Assembly: GCA_004524445.1 (NCBI GenBank) | Contig: SDNP01000011.1 | Span: 1 to 64,000, forward strand | Origin: Candidatus Thorarchaeota archaeon | GTDB lineage: Archaea > Asgardarchaeota > Thorarchaeia > Thorarchaeales > Thorarchaeaceae | Reading direction: 5' to 3' | Length of the DNA: 64,000 nt | In this document: one piece after another, positions 55,573 through 64,000 of the stretch | How positions within the stretch are numbered: the first letter of the stretch is position 1 | How the letters are laid out: every line of letters begins with the position of its first letter | Position numbers and translations under genes: made by a program | The notes under the pieces: generated by a model | Seen by the model: the letters and a program-made list of their open reading frames with translations, nothing else | Database searches by the model: none | Told to the model about the DNA's origin: nothing

Positions 55573-56862
55573 ATGAACCACAAGATGAATGAAGCTAGTG
55601 CCCCAGAGAATCTTGAACGCCTAGGCTTGATTCTCGCATTCATAGCTGGGTTCCTTCTGTTTATTAACGGACTCAGATTTGCAGTCTTTGGCGCTATGCT
55701 AGCAACTATTATGCCCGTTTCAGGAGCTATTCTAATTATTGCAGGACTCTTTCTTGGGTCAGCGGTTCTGTTGAGTCTCTTCATTTATTGGAAAGTGGGC
55801 ATGCTAGGCGCCGTAGCAATGTTGCTCTCGTCAGCATGGGGAACATTGGTTGTGGATTATCCATATCTTGCCCCCGTGATGGGAGTTGTCGCAGCACTTA
55901 TCCTTCTGTATAATTGTGGCCCCGCCATTAGCAAGAAACAAGGCATAACTATTGTCATCACAGTCGTTCTTGTTTTGGTGCCCTTATTTGGAGTACTGGC
56001 ATCTCGCTCAGAAGGGTATCGTTACTTGACAGTTGATGGCATGCAGCGGCAGTATCTGCTTCATATCCCTGATAGCTATGATGGATCCGAGCCAGTACCT
56101 CTCTTGGTAGCTCTCCACGGAGGAGGAGGGGATGCAAGAAACATGAAACGCTCTTATGGATTGGATACGGTTGCGGAGCGATACGGGTTCATCATAGCAT
56201 ATCCAGATGGCACGGGAGACCTGCAATACTCACTGCATACCTGGAACTCAGGGTATGCGGATGTCTATGCTTTCAGAAACAACGTGAGTGATGTCGAGTT
56301 TCTATATGATCTGATTGAGCAACTTATAGATGCATACAATGTTAATTCATCGGCAGTCTATATGACCGGACATTCCAATGGAGCGATGATGACATACAGG
56401 TTTGCTGCTGAACACGCAGAGATGGTGAGCGGTATAGCTCCAGTCTCAGGCAGCGTTGGAGGCAAAATGACTGAGGATAGCGAGTTGTATGTAATACCGG
56501 ACCCAGAGCATCCTCTATCCGTAGTGCATGTTCATGGAAAACAAGACAAGCAGGTTCTCTATGAGGGTGGCAAGGGGGAGAAGGGGTTCCTCGTGGATCG
56601 GGTGGATTTATCCGCTAATGACTCGGTTGAGTTCTGGGTGGAAAACAACAACTGCTCTTCAAATCCAATTATCGAGATGTCGCCTAATGGGAGAATTGAG
56701 ATTTGGAGATACGCAGATGGGATTGATGACACGCAAGTTCTCTTAGTGACTCTCAATGAGGGCAGCCATGCTTGGGCGAATATGAGTTCAGAGGTTTCAA
56801 ATGAGGAATTCTATGGCTCAAGCCTAGCGGAGATGATATGGCTTCTCCTCGAGAGAATCTGA
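55573..56862 (+). CDS. Membrane-anchored PHB-depolymerase/LpqC-type alpha/beta esterase
   Basis: About 5 N-terminal TM segments, then LVALHGGGG, AYPDG, WN, DVEF, GHSNG, HVHG..D and SHAW. Confidence 0.85.
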   Translation: MNHKMNEASAPENLERLGLILAFIAGFLLFINGLRFAVFGAMLATIMPVSGAILIIAGLFLGSAVLLSLFIYWKVGMLGAVAMLLSSAWGTLVVDYPYLAPVMGVVAALILLYNCGPAISKKQGITIVITVVLVLVPLFGVLASRSEGYRYLTVDGMQRQYLLHIPDSYDGSEPVPLLVALHGGGGDARNMKRSYGLDTVAERYGFIIAYPDGTGDLQYSLHTWNSGYADVYAFRNNVSDVEFLYDLIEQLIDAYNVNSSAVYMTGHSNGAMMTYRFAAEHAEMVSGIAPVSGSVGGKMTEDSELYVIPDPEHPLSVVHVHGKQDKQVLYEGGKGEKGFLVDRVDLSANDSVEFWVENNNCSSNPIIEMSPNGRIEIWRYADGIDDTQVLLVTLNEGSHAWANMSSEVSNEEFYGSSLAEMIWLLLERI

Positions 56863-56987
56863 TGTAGAGATTGATTACTTCTTGAAACAGCAACAGAAAG
56901 ACATTCTGAAACATAGGAGTTTCTCCACACAAAAAGAATTCACTTGGTGAATCTCCAAAGCCACAGAAATCAATATGAGAAATCAAA

Positions 56988-57566
56988 TCATATCTCGTAT
57001 TTGCCGAAGAAGAAATTCTCCTCAGGATTCTTTCTCGTTCTGGCCCGTGTGATTTTTTCTTTTATCTTGTCCATGAGTTTATCCTGGACTCTTTCAACAT
57101 CACCCTCGTATCCGACGGCGAATAGCACAACTACTCTGAAGTCCTCGGGGAAGTATAGGGCCTTCTTGACCTTGGATTCATTATATCCTGCCATCTGATG
57201 AACACGTAACCCTTGATGTTCCGCTTCGATAACCAGATTCATCACACTGAGTCCAAGATCGTAAGCATAGTATGGAATACCATTCGTATTGCATCCCTTT
57301 TCTGGGTCGGCAGCAACAGCAACAAGATACGGAGCTGACTTCGCCCATCCGTTTCCAATATTCAGAGCGCCGTCCAGCTCGCGTCTAGTCGCATCAGATT
57401 TGCCCACAAAGACGTAGTTCCATTCTTGATTGTTGAAGCAGGAGGGGGCCCACCTTGCAGCCTCTATCAGAAGGTCGATTTTTTCTTTCTCAACCTCTCT
57501 GTCTTCAAATACAATGACACTCTTCCTGTTTTGTATCTCTGGCAGAATCTCCATGGGGTAGTGCAT
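56988..57566 (-). CDS. Nitroreductase family protein
   Basis: RKS..F, EAARWAPSCFNNQEW, DLGLS..NL..EA..GL..HQMAG, R.RK. Confidence 0.9.
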   Translation of the reverse strand: MHYPMEILPEIQNRKSVIVFEDREVEKEKIDLLIEAARWAPSCFNNQEWNYVFVGKSDATRRELDGALNIGNGWAKSAPYLVAVAADPEKGCNTNGIPYYAYDLGLSVMNLVIEAEHQGLRVHQMAGYNESKVKKALYFPEDFRVVVLFAVGYEGDVERVQDKLMDKIKEKITRARTRKNPEENFFFGKYEI

Positions 57567-57707
57567 TCAATGGACAGTAATAATCCTGTTGACCCACCAT
57601 GACGGTGTTGTTTAGGAACAGAAATGAACTACATCCATTGCGTTAATCTGAGAGGTATTAATGGCAGAGTCCTCATTACTTGCACCAGTCTATAGGAAGA
57701 AAGGACC

Positions 57708-59396
57708 TTGAATAAACAAACAATGGAGCGAAGCCTATTTCTATTCCTGCTGATTTCATCCATGGTTTTTCCACTTTTTCTTTTGCCAATCGAAACTAAG
57801 GCACTCACACCGGTATTTTCTGCAATTGAAACACCTTCAATTGAGCGTACATGGGATGATGTTTCTCTTCTCTATCCCGACCAATATCTGAACAACACAA
57901 TGGTAATAGAAGAAGTGGACAACATCCATACGGCCGCCCCTGACTTGATTGATGTTGACATAATTGGACAGAGCTATGAGGGTCGAGATATCCTTAGCAT
58001 TAGAATCACCAATGAGGATGCGGCAAGGCAGAAGGCAAAGACCTTGCTCGTCGCACACCATCACGGTCGAGAGATGGTTACCGTGAACCATGCCATCTTC
58101 TTCATTCAGTGGTTGGTAAACAGCTACGGCGAGGACACTCAGCTAACGGAATATGTCGATACACAAGAGATCTATGTCATCCCAACCATGAACCCGGATG
58201 CCCTTGATTACATATTCAACAATAGCGATTATTGGCTAAGGAAGAATCTCAGGCCCTATGATGATGATGGGGATGGATTGTTCGACGAGGATACGTATGA
58301 CGATGAAAATGGTGATGGGCACATAACTCAGTATGAGGTCTGGGAGAAGGGATCCGGTGGCCGCAATACCTATCTCTACGCATACTATGAGGGCATCGAT
58401 GATGACGGAGATGGTCAGGTCAACGAGGATTGGGTTGGACACACCGACCTAAATCGAAACTATGATGCCAACTGGGGAATTGAACCAAGTGCCTCGCTGG
58501 ATTCAATGAGCCAGGCATTTGCAGGCACTGCGCCATTTTCAGAACCCGAAACACGAGCTTTCAGGGATTTTGCCCAAGACCATAGATTCGGAATGGCATA
58601 CTCTTTACATACAGGAACTAACGCTACATTCTTCGTCACTGGATTTAGTGGAAACTGGATTGAAGGGCAGCTCTATTCGCAGATGTGGAATGACTACGAA
58701 GAGTTTCTCCCTGAAGGCTTCAACTACTATCTTGACTATTCTGCAAAGGAAAATGCTGAAGCTAGACCAGCCATACTCTCTGGCGGGTGGGACGAATACA
58801 TGTACCATGAACTTGATTGTCTTGCACCCATCACGTTTGAGATATATCACAATGCATCAGCAGAGTCCGAAGAACTCTATTATCTTCACGAGGAAAATTC
58901 GACTCATTATATTATGGCGTTCAATGGCATTTACGAGTACTTCAGTCCAGATACAGACTACATTGAGGACCTTTGGCTGGAACTCATTCCTGCATACGAG
59001 TATCTCCTTGAACAAACGCCCCGCATAAGCCTATCTTTCTCTGGTGGGTCTGTAAGTGGAACAAGTGTTTCGGCCACCATGATGACAACGTGCCTGAGTC
59101 CAAGAATAGAAACAGTTGAAGCGATTAAGATACAATTGGATGATGGAACTCTCCTCGACTCAACCGAGCCTGTCGATGCAGATACAACATACAACGCACC
59201 AATAACTCTTCAATTCACTTCTCTAGATGTGAATGCGAGCATTCGAATAAGAGTAGGGAATGAGTTCTCTGGATATGCCCAATTCGAGATCTCGTTCCGT
59301 GAAACCACTTTCATTGAACCTGTCCTTGTTGGTGTTGTTACTATAGCAATTATTGCAGTTGTGATTGTCTTAGTCTTTGTGTTGAAGAAAAGGTAG
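57708..59396 (+). CDS. M14 zinc carboxypeptidase, secreted with C-terminal membrane anchor
   Basis: IGQSYEGRD, HHGRE, P.MNPD, RKN, DLNRNY, PFSEPET, SLHT and FEI. C-terminal TM + KKR. Confidence 0.9.
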   Translation: MNKQTMERSLFLFLLISSMVFPLFLLPIETKALTPVFSAIETPSIERTWDDVSLLYPDQYLNNTMVIEEVDNIHTAAPDLIDVDIIGQSYEGRDILSIRITNEDAARQKAKTLLVAHHHGREMVTVNHAIFFIQWLVNSYGEDTQLTEYVDTQEIYVIPTMNPDALDYIFNNSDYWLRKNLRPYDDDGDGLFDEDTYDDENGDGHITQYEVWEKGSGGRNTYLYAYYEGIDDDGDGQVNEDWVGHTDLNRNYDANWGIEPSASLDSMSQAFAGTAPFSEPETRAFRDFAQDHRFGMAYSLHTGTNATFFVTGFSGNWIEGQLYSQMWNDYEEFLPEGFNYYLDYSAKENAEARPAILSGGWDEYMYHELDCLAPITFEIYHNASAESEELYYLHEENSTHYIMAFNGIYEYFSPDTDYIEDLWLELIPAYEYLLEQTPRISLSFSGGSVSGTSVSATMMTTCLSPRIETVEAIKIQLDDGTLLDSTEPVDADTTYNAPITLQFTSLDVNASIRIRVGNEFSGYAQFEISFRETTFIEPVLVGVVTIAIIAVVIVLVFVLKKR

Positions 59397-59400
59397 ACCC

Positions 59401-59937
59401 TTAGTAGGTGAATTCGATTTCGCTTGGTTCTGTAGTCAGAGTGTACCAGTTCATGTTATTCCACGTAAAGGAGACCCTGGCATAGAAATAGGTGCCCTCT
59501 TCAAGATTGGGGGAGAATATCTCGTCATCTCTATCTGAGTAGTGTAAAATGACACTCTCTCCAGGTTCAACGCTATAGGGTAGCTCTTGTGAGGGCGATA
59601 AGAAAAGCGAGAGGGTCACTAGCGCCTCGGAGGTGTTATTGTAGTAAATCGTCATTGTGATTGCGCTGAAATTGTGGAAATCGAGTATACTCTGTCCGGT
59701 GTTTGTGACGTTGATTCTGACGGATGAAAAAAATGGTGGTCCTTCTTCCGGGATGATAGGCATGAAGTCTTGCGCGAACGATGCCTCTGCACGAATCAGG
59801 AAATCGCCCCACATCATTTGGTCAGCCTTTTCGTCGGGCGGAGACGAGGGCGGAGGGCTCAACAAAAGGGCAGTAGCAACGATTCCAACAGCCACTATCA
59901 AGACGATTCCCGCAGCAAGTATGTTCCTTTGATTCAT
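59401..59937 (-). CDS. Membrane-anchored hypothetical protein
   Basis: N-terminal TM, Pro-rich linker and beta-rich domain. AAGGA SD before MNQR. Confidence 0.7.
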   Translation of the reverse strand: MNQRNILAAGIVLIVAVGIVATALLLSPPPSSPPDEKADQMMWGDFLIRAEASFAQDFMPIIPEEGPPFFSSVRINVTNTGQSILDFHNFSAITMTIYYNNTSEALVTLSLFLSPSQELPYSVEPGESVILHYSDRDDEIFSPNLEEGTYFYARVSFTWNNMNWYTLTTEPSEIEFTY

Positions 59938-60077
59938 TTCCTTACGCCTTACAGTAGGGAATGAAAGAATATGATTCTGATGGTTAGAGTGTCGCATAGT
60001 GATGTCCAGATAACGATAGGATTCGGAAACCCCTTATTCGAGTTCTCAGTGGGATAATTCGCACCTTTCTGCAATAA

Positions 60078-60854
60078 TCAATGGTCTATAGTCCCGTTGA
60101 ACTCCTCGGGGATAACAAAGATACCTCCAGAGTACTCAATAGTATTGACTTTCACATTGTACACAAACTCGATTGCCTCTGGAGTCAAAACCTCCAAGCC
60201 ACCCTGTACGAAGATTTCTCCGTCATTCAACATCACAATCCGATCACAGAATTTCAAAGCCAGGTTCAGATTATGGAGAGCCATCACTGCTGAGAGACCG
60301 TCACGAGTCTGGTTTCTTATCAGCTTCAGCACCTCCAGCTGATGTTTCAGGTCCAAATTGGAGGTTGGTTCATCCAAAAGGAGGATATTTGGCTGTTGAG
60401 CGAGTGCTCGACCTATTACAACCTTCTGTCTTTCGCCCCCACTCAATTCAGTGATATTTCGTAACGCAAATTGTTCGAGATTCAGCATTTCTAATAATTG
60501 CGAAACAACCCGCAAATCCTTGCTTGTTGGTGCCCATTGAATATGTGGCTTTCGACCCAATAACAGAGTGTCAAACACCGTGTTCGGAAAAATACGTCCG
60601 TTGTGTTGCGGGACATAGCCCATGATTCTTGCAATGTCGTTGCGCCCATATTCTTGCATGGATTTTCCGTCTATCAGTATGCTACCGTTTTGGGGCTGAA
60701 GGATACCATTGATACATTTTAGCAGCGTTGTCTTTCCTGACCCATTAGGCCCGAGAATTGCAAGGAATTCGCCTGCCTTGAGATTGAATGTGATGTCATT
60801 CAGTATAGGTTTGTTATTGTAACGAAATGATATACTATTAACTTCGAGTTTCAC
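60078..60854 (-). CDS. Fe-siderophore/cobalamin-type ABC transporter ATP-binding subunit
   Basis: GPNGSGKT, LSGGERQ, LLDEPTSNLD, ALHNLNLA. Confidence 0.95.
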   Translation of the reverse strand: MKLEVNSISFRYNNKPILNDITFNLKAGEFLAILGPNGSGKTTLLKCINGILQPQNGSILIDGKSMQEYGRNDIARIMGYVPQHNGRIFPNTVFDTLLLGRKPHIQWAPTSKDLRVVSQLLEMLNLEQFALRNITELSGGERQKVVIGRALAQQPNILLLDEPTSNLDLKHQLEVLKLIRNQTRDGLSAVMALHNLNLALKFCDRIVMLNDGEIFVQGGLEVLTPEAIEFVYNVKVNTIEYSGGIFVIPEEFNGTIDH

Positions 60855-61900
60855 CAGTATCTCCTCCCAACGATTACAAGGTACAGAAACAAAGGCGCAC
60901 CCAAAAATGATGTCAGAATTCCAACAGGCAGAATGACAGGGGAGAGAATAGTCCTAGCGACACTGTCAGATACTAGCAATAAGATAGAACCCACAATACA
61001 GGATGCGGGCATCAAGAATCTGTCATCGCCCCCGATTGTCTTACGAATGATATGAGGGACCACCAATCCGATGAAGCCAATTATACCTGTGAATGAAACG
61101 ATTAGTGCGGTCACTAAGGAAGCGACAAACAGGCTCGTGATTCTGACTCTTTCTACATCTACTCCTAGGCTCTTTGCGGTGGCATCTCCACTGACTAGTG
61201 CCTTGTAATTCCAGACGTTATAAAGAAAGAAGATGATAGACGGTAGCACAACTATTGCCATAATCGACAGCTCATTCCAGGATACTCTGCTTAAATCACC
61301 AAACATCCAAAAGACAATAGCAGAGAGCTGCAGATCTTCAGCGAAGTATTTCAAGGATGCGAGTCCTGCGGTAAATAAGGAGCCAAGAGCAACACCCGAT
61401 AGAATCATGGTCTCCGGCGATGCCCCCCTATATTTTGCAAGCAGAATGATTATTGCTACCGCAACTAATGAAAATCCAAAAGCACAGATAGACACTAGGT
61501 ACGGAATGCTCTGCAAAGTAGGATTTGTTCCCACCCCTAGCACCACGAATGCGAATGCGGCCCCAAAGCCTGCAGAATGAGAGATTCCAAGTGTATAAGG
61601 AGACCCCAACGGATTCATGAGAATACTCTGCATGACTGCGCCGGCCACTGCCAGACCCATTCCTGCAAGAATAGCAGCGATTACCCGAGGAAGACGGATA
61701 TGCCAGATAATGATGCTAGTGGGTCCACTGTCCTGCCCCAATAATATCAGGAAGACCTCGTAGGGATCGATTTGGACTGTCCCTATGCAAATGGATGCAA
61801 TAGCGACTACAATGAGAATAATGAAGCAGAGGAGTAGGAAGAGGGTCTTCTTTCGAATCTGCCCCAAGTAAGCATCTATGGTTTTATTGTTGGAGCCCAG
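60851..61900 (-). CDS. FecCD/BtuC-family ABC permease; probable CTG start
   Basis: IRLPRV, GAVMQ..NPL.SPY.LG.S, AKSLGV, GIIGFIGLVVPH, LPVG..T..LGAP.F. Extended 11 codons upstream of the track TTG. Confidence 0.92.
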   Translation of the reverse strand: MGSNNKTIDAYLGQIRKKTLFLLLCFIILIVVAIASICIGTVQIDPYEVFLILLGQDSGPTSIIIWHIRLPRVIAAILAGMGLAVAGAVMQSILMNPLGSPYTLGISHSAGFGAAFAFVVLGVGTNPTLQSIPYLVSICAFGFSLVAVAIIILLAKYRGASPETMILSGVALGSLFTAGLASLKYFAEDLQLSAIVFWMFGDLSRVSWNELSIMAIVVLPSIIFFLYNVWNYKALVSGDATAKSLGVDVERVRITSLFVASLVTALIVSFTGIIGFIGLVVPHIIRKTIGGDDRFLMPASCIVGSILLLVSDSVARTILSPVILPVGILTSFLGAPLFLYLVIVGRRYW

Positions 61901-63030
61901 AAAAGTTCACCTACTGTATCCAATTGAATCTTTTTGAATCCGCCCATCGCATCCGCCATCTGGTCATATACCGCCTCGCCAACTAAGAAGGAAAAAATCT
62001 CATCAGCTTTGGCCTCGGGGTCTATGTCGCTGAATTTTGTTGAATTGAGTGTCTTTCCAACATAGTAAGCATCTGCAAATACAACACCATGGTTTAACCC
62101 GTACCTTGGATAGGGAAACAGACCATAGACCTCACCAGACACGATGGCACTCAAGTTGCTGAATTTGGGATCCGTGATATCTTCAAGAACTAAAGGCAGG
62201 TTGACCTCATCAACGAAGATTATGTCGGGATCCCAATCTATCAGCTGTTCTGCGTCAATCTCAACAGTATTTGACAACGAGTCAATATCGCCAGCCACGT
62301 TCTTAGATTTGGTGAGAACAAAAGGCGGATACGCCCTCTGGGTCATGGTCAATCCAAATGAACCCTTTCTCGACAGTCCACCAACATACACTGTTGGCTT
62401 GGTGTTGTCTGGAATCTCATCTGTTCTCTCTTTGAGATCCTCAGCAAGAGATTTTACGTAGGATATCACGTTCCCAGCCCGATTTTCTTTACCCATGATA
62501 GCTCCGACAATCCGTAATGACTCATAGAAATCATTGCGGTCATCGCTATAGTTGAGAGGTTCCGACGCTCCTTCGCCTGGGCGGACTACTACAACGGGAA
62601 TGAGGGTATTCTCTTGAATCCTATTGGCGTCCTCGGCGGTGTAATATGATGCAACTATCACATCCGGGGCAAGACTGATAATGACCTCCATATTCACGCT
62701 ATCGCTGGATTCTATCTCCGTAAGATTGGTCAAGGAAGGCTCAGCAAGCAGATACGGGAGAACATATCTCAGTTTAAGGTCAGTTGCACCTCGCCCCACT
62801 ATCATCTCCGAGCACTCAAGATATACTAAAGTCCGGAGAGCACCAATACCAATCCCCGCAACTCGCTCAACCTGTTGAGGAACTTCTACTTCTCTTTCCA
62901 GAATGTCCGTTATCTGGCGTGGGTCGCCAACCGGATTTGCACTCTGAAGGAGAAGTCCAACACTGAGAACTGAGATGATAACTATGGACATGATTACTAC
63001 TGTGGCGGTCAACCCTTTTTTGGTCATCAT
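61876..63030 (-). CDS. Fe/cobalamin-type ABC substrate-binding protein
   Basis: N-terminal anchor, ITD..REV.VP..VER, E.IISL.PDVI, EQLIDWDPDIIF, L.AI..GEVY. Confidence 0.9.
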   Translation of the reverse strand: MMTKKGLTATVVIMSIVIISVLSVGLLLQSANPVGDPRQITDILEREVEVPQQVERVAGIGIGALRTLVYLECSEMIVGRGATDLKLRYVLPYLLAEPSLTNLTEIESSDSVNMEVIISLAPDVIVASYYTAEDANRIQENTLIPVVVVRPGEGASEPLNYSDDRNDFYESLRIVGAIMGKENRAGNVISYVKSLAEDLKERTDEIPDNTKPTVYVGGLSRKGSFGLTMTQRAYPPFVLTKSKNVAGDIDSLSNTVEIDAEQLIDWDPDIIFVDEVNLPLVLEDITDPKFSNLSAIVSGEVYGLFPYPRYGLNHGVVFADAYYVGKTLNSTKFSDIDPEAKADEIFSFLVGEAVYDQMADAMGGFKKIQLDTVGELFWAPTIKP

Positions 63031-63210
63031 GAACGTGTCTTTCTCCTGCGCGATGCAAATTATACCGTAGCAACTTTTTGAGATTCGTGTTACTCGGCTT
63101 GGTGTCAACTATATATTCTTTTGCAATGCTCAGCTAAAGGGACAAAAACTGGTATTTCTTCTTACTAATGGTTGAAATCATTCAAACTGTATCTTGATTG
63201 ATTTGACAGA

Positions 63211-63438
63211 ATGAGCCTGACAATCGTTGGATTGCCTAACTCAAACTCCATCGGACTCATCATTTGGTTCAGCAGAGAATTCACAAATTCTGAAACCACT
63301 GTATATTATCTTGGCTCCATCCTACTCACCATAATCATTGGTATGCCTACACCCTTCTTACTCTTGATTTCATTGGTAGTGATCAAGTTCTATCACCCGC
63401 CAAGAACAGAGGGCAGAGGGCTTAATGAAGAAGGCTGA
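63211..63438 (+). CDS. Possible small membrane protein
   Basis: Hydrophobic ORF with no recognisable motif or SD. Confidence 0.3.
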   Translation: MSLTIVGLPNSNSIGLIIWFSREFTNSETTVYYLGSILLTIIIGMPTPFLLLISLVVIKFYHPPRTEGRGLNEEG

Positions 63439-63738
63439 ACTTGTAAGGATGTGAGAGATGATAATGAAAAAACAGATAGAAGGGAGAGAATAACGGATTA
63501 CCCATCTCGATTTTGTCGCCCTGACTGAATTCGTTCAACCTATTCACCAATTTCAGGGACTACATTGAATAGGTCGCCAATAAAGCTGAAGTTTGCTACG
63601 CCAAAGATTGGTACATCGCAGTCCAAGATCCAGAGATTTGATGAGGGCAAGACTTGCTTCATGAGAGGATATGCCGGATTTATATCCAAAGACTGTACAT
63701 AGACTACCGTACTCATTTAGCTTAGGAGTTGTCAGAAC

Positions 63739-64000
63739 GTGCAGACATGTCCAAAATGTGGGAGAGCAAACGATGTGACGAGGAAGTTCTGCGTTCGTTG
63801 CGGGGCCTCTCTGCTAAAGAAAAAAGAACAACCGACACAAGAACCTGCCAAGGTTCCCGAACCTGAACCAGTGCCGTTAGAAACTGCTGAATCTGAAGAA
63901 GCTAGCGTAAAGCATCCAAGTGGGGTTCCCCCCGATTTAGTGAAACCTGAAGAAGCTGAGCCGGCCGAGTCATATGTGCTGGACCAGGAGAGCGGTAAGG
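63739..64000 (+). CDS. Zinc-ribbon protein, N-terminal part, truncated by window edge (not in ORF track)
   Basis: AGGAG SD + GTG. MQTCPKCGRANDVTRKFCVRCGASL followed by a Pro/Glu-rich linker. Confidence 0.8.
   Translation, partial: MQTCPKCGRANDVTRKFCVRCGASLLKKKEQPTQEPAKVPEPEPVPLETAESEEASVKHPSGVPPDLVKPEEAEPAESYVLDQESGK

Noticed and set aside
1-64000. CRISPR arrays, rRNA/tRNA genes, IS elements, prophage or defence genes; the many antisense and overlapping ORFs in the track
   Set aside because: No regularly spaced repeats, RNA-gene signatures or transposase/integrase motifs seen. The shadow ORFs lie opposite or inside well-supported genes and lack motifs.

Overview
Gene-dense archaeal chromosomal window with no rRNA, tRNA, CRISPR array, transposase or integrase that I can recognise. 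It most likely comes from an Asgard archaeon (Thorarchaeia-like). That is an inference from the GGAGGTGA-type Shine-Dalgarno (SD) motifs, a histone, longin/roadblock-like proteins and a giant Ig-repeat-TM-longin protein. Contents: (1) a ~10 kb putative catabolic/redox cluster with an atypical M24 hydrolase, DUF3830, an LLM/F420 oxidoreductase, a ferredoxin, HdrB plus a cluster-less HdrC-like stub, two EamA transporters, a VOC protein, 2-oxoacid dehydrogenase E1 alpha/beta and a nitrilase; (2) three large surface proteins; (3) repair and stress genes (Fe-S-less MutY, MsrB, UvsE, Nth, pirin, MscL, TspO-like); (4) a possible tri-longin/V4R signalling operon; (5) ABC exporter and Fe/cobalamin-type ABC importer operons. 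The most interesting signals are missing from the ORF track: a histone with a Lys-rich N-terminal tail that apparently starts at CTG (52332-52532); a 21-aa Lys/Pro micropeptide with a strong SD inside a structured, apparently self-standing RNA (21960-22198, minus strand); recurrent CTG/ATC starts; and a Cys-Cys-ending putative leader peptide upstream of EamA-hdrC'-hdrB. All family calls come from recognising motifs by eye. No searches were run.
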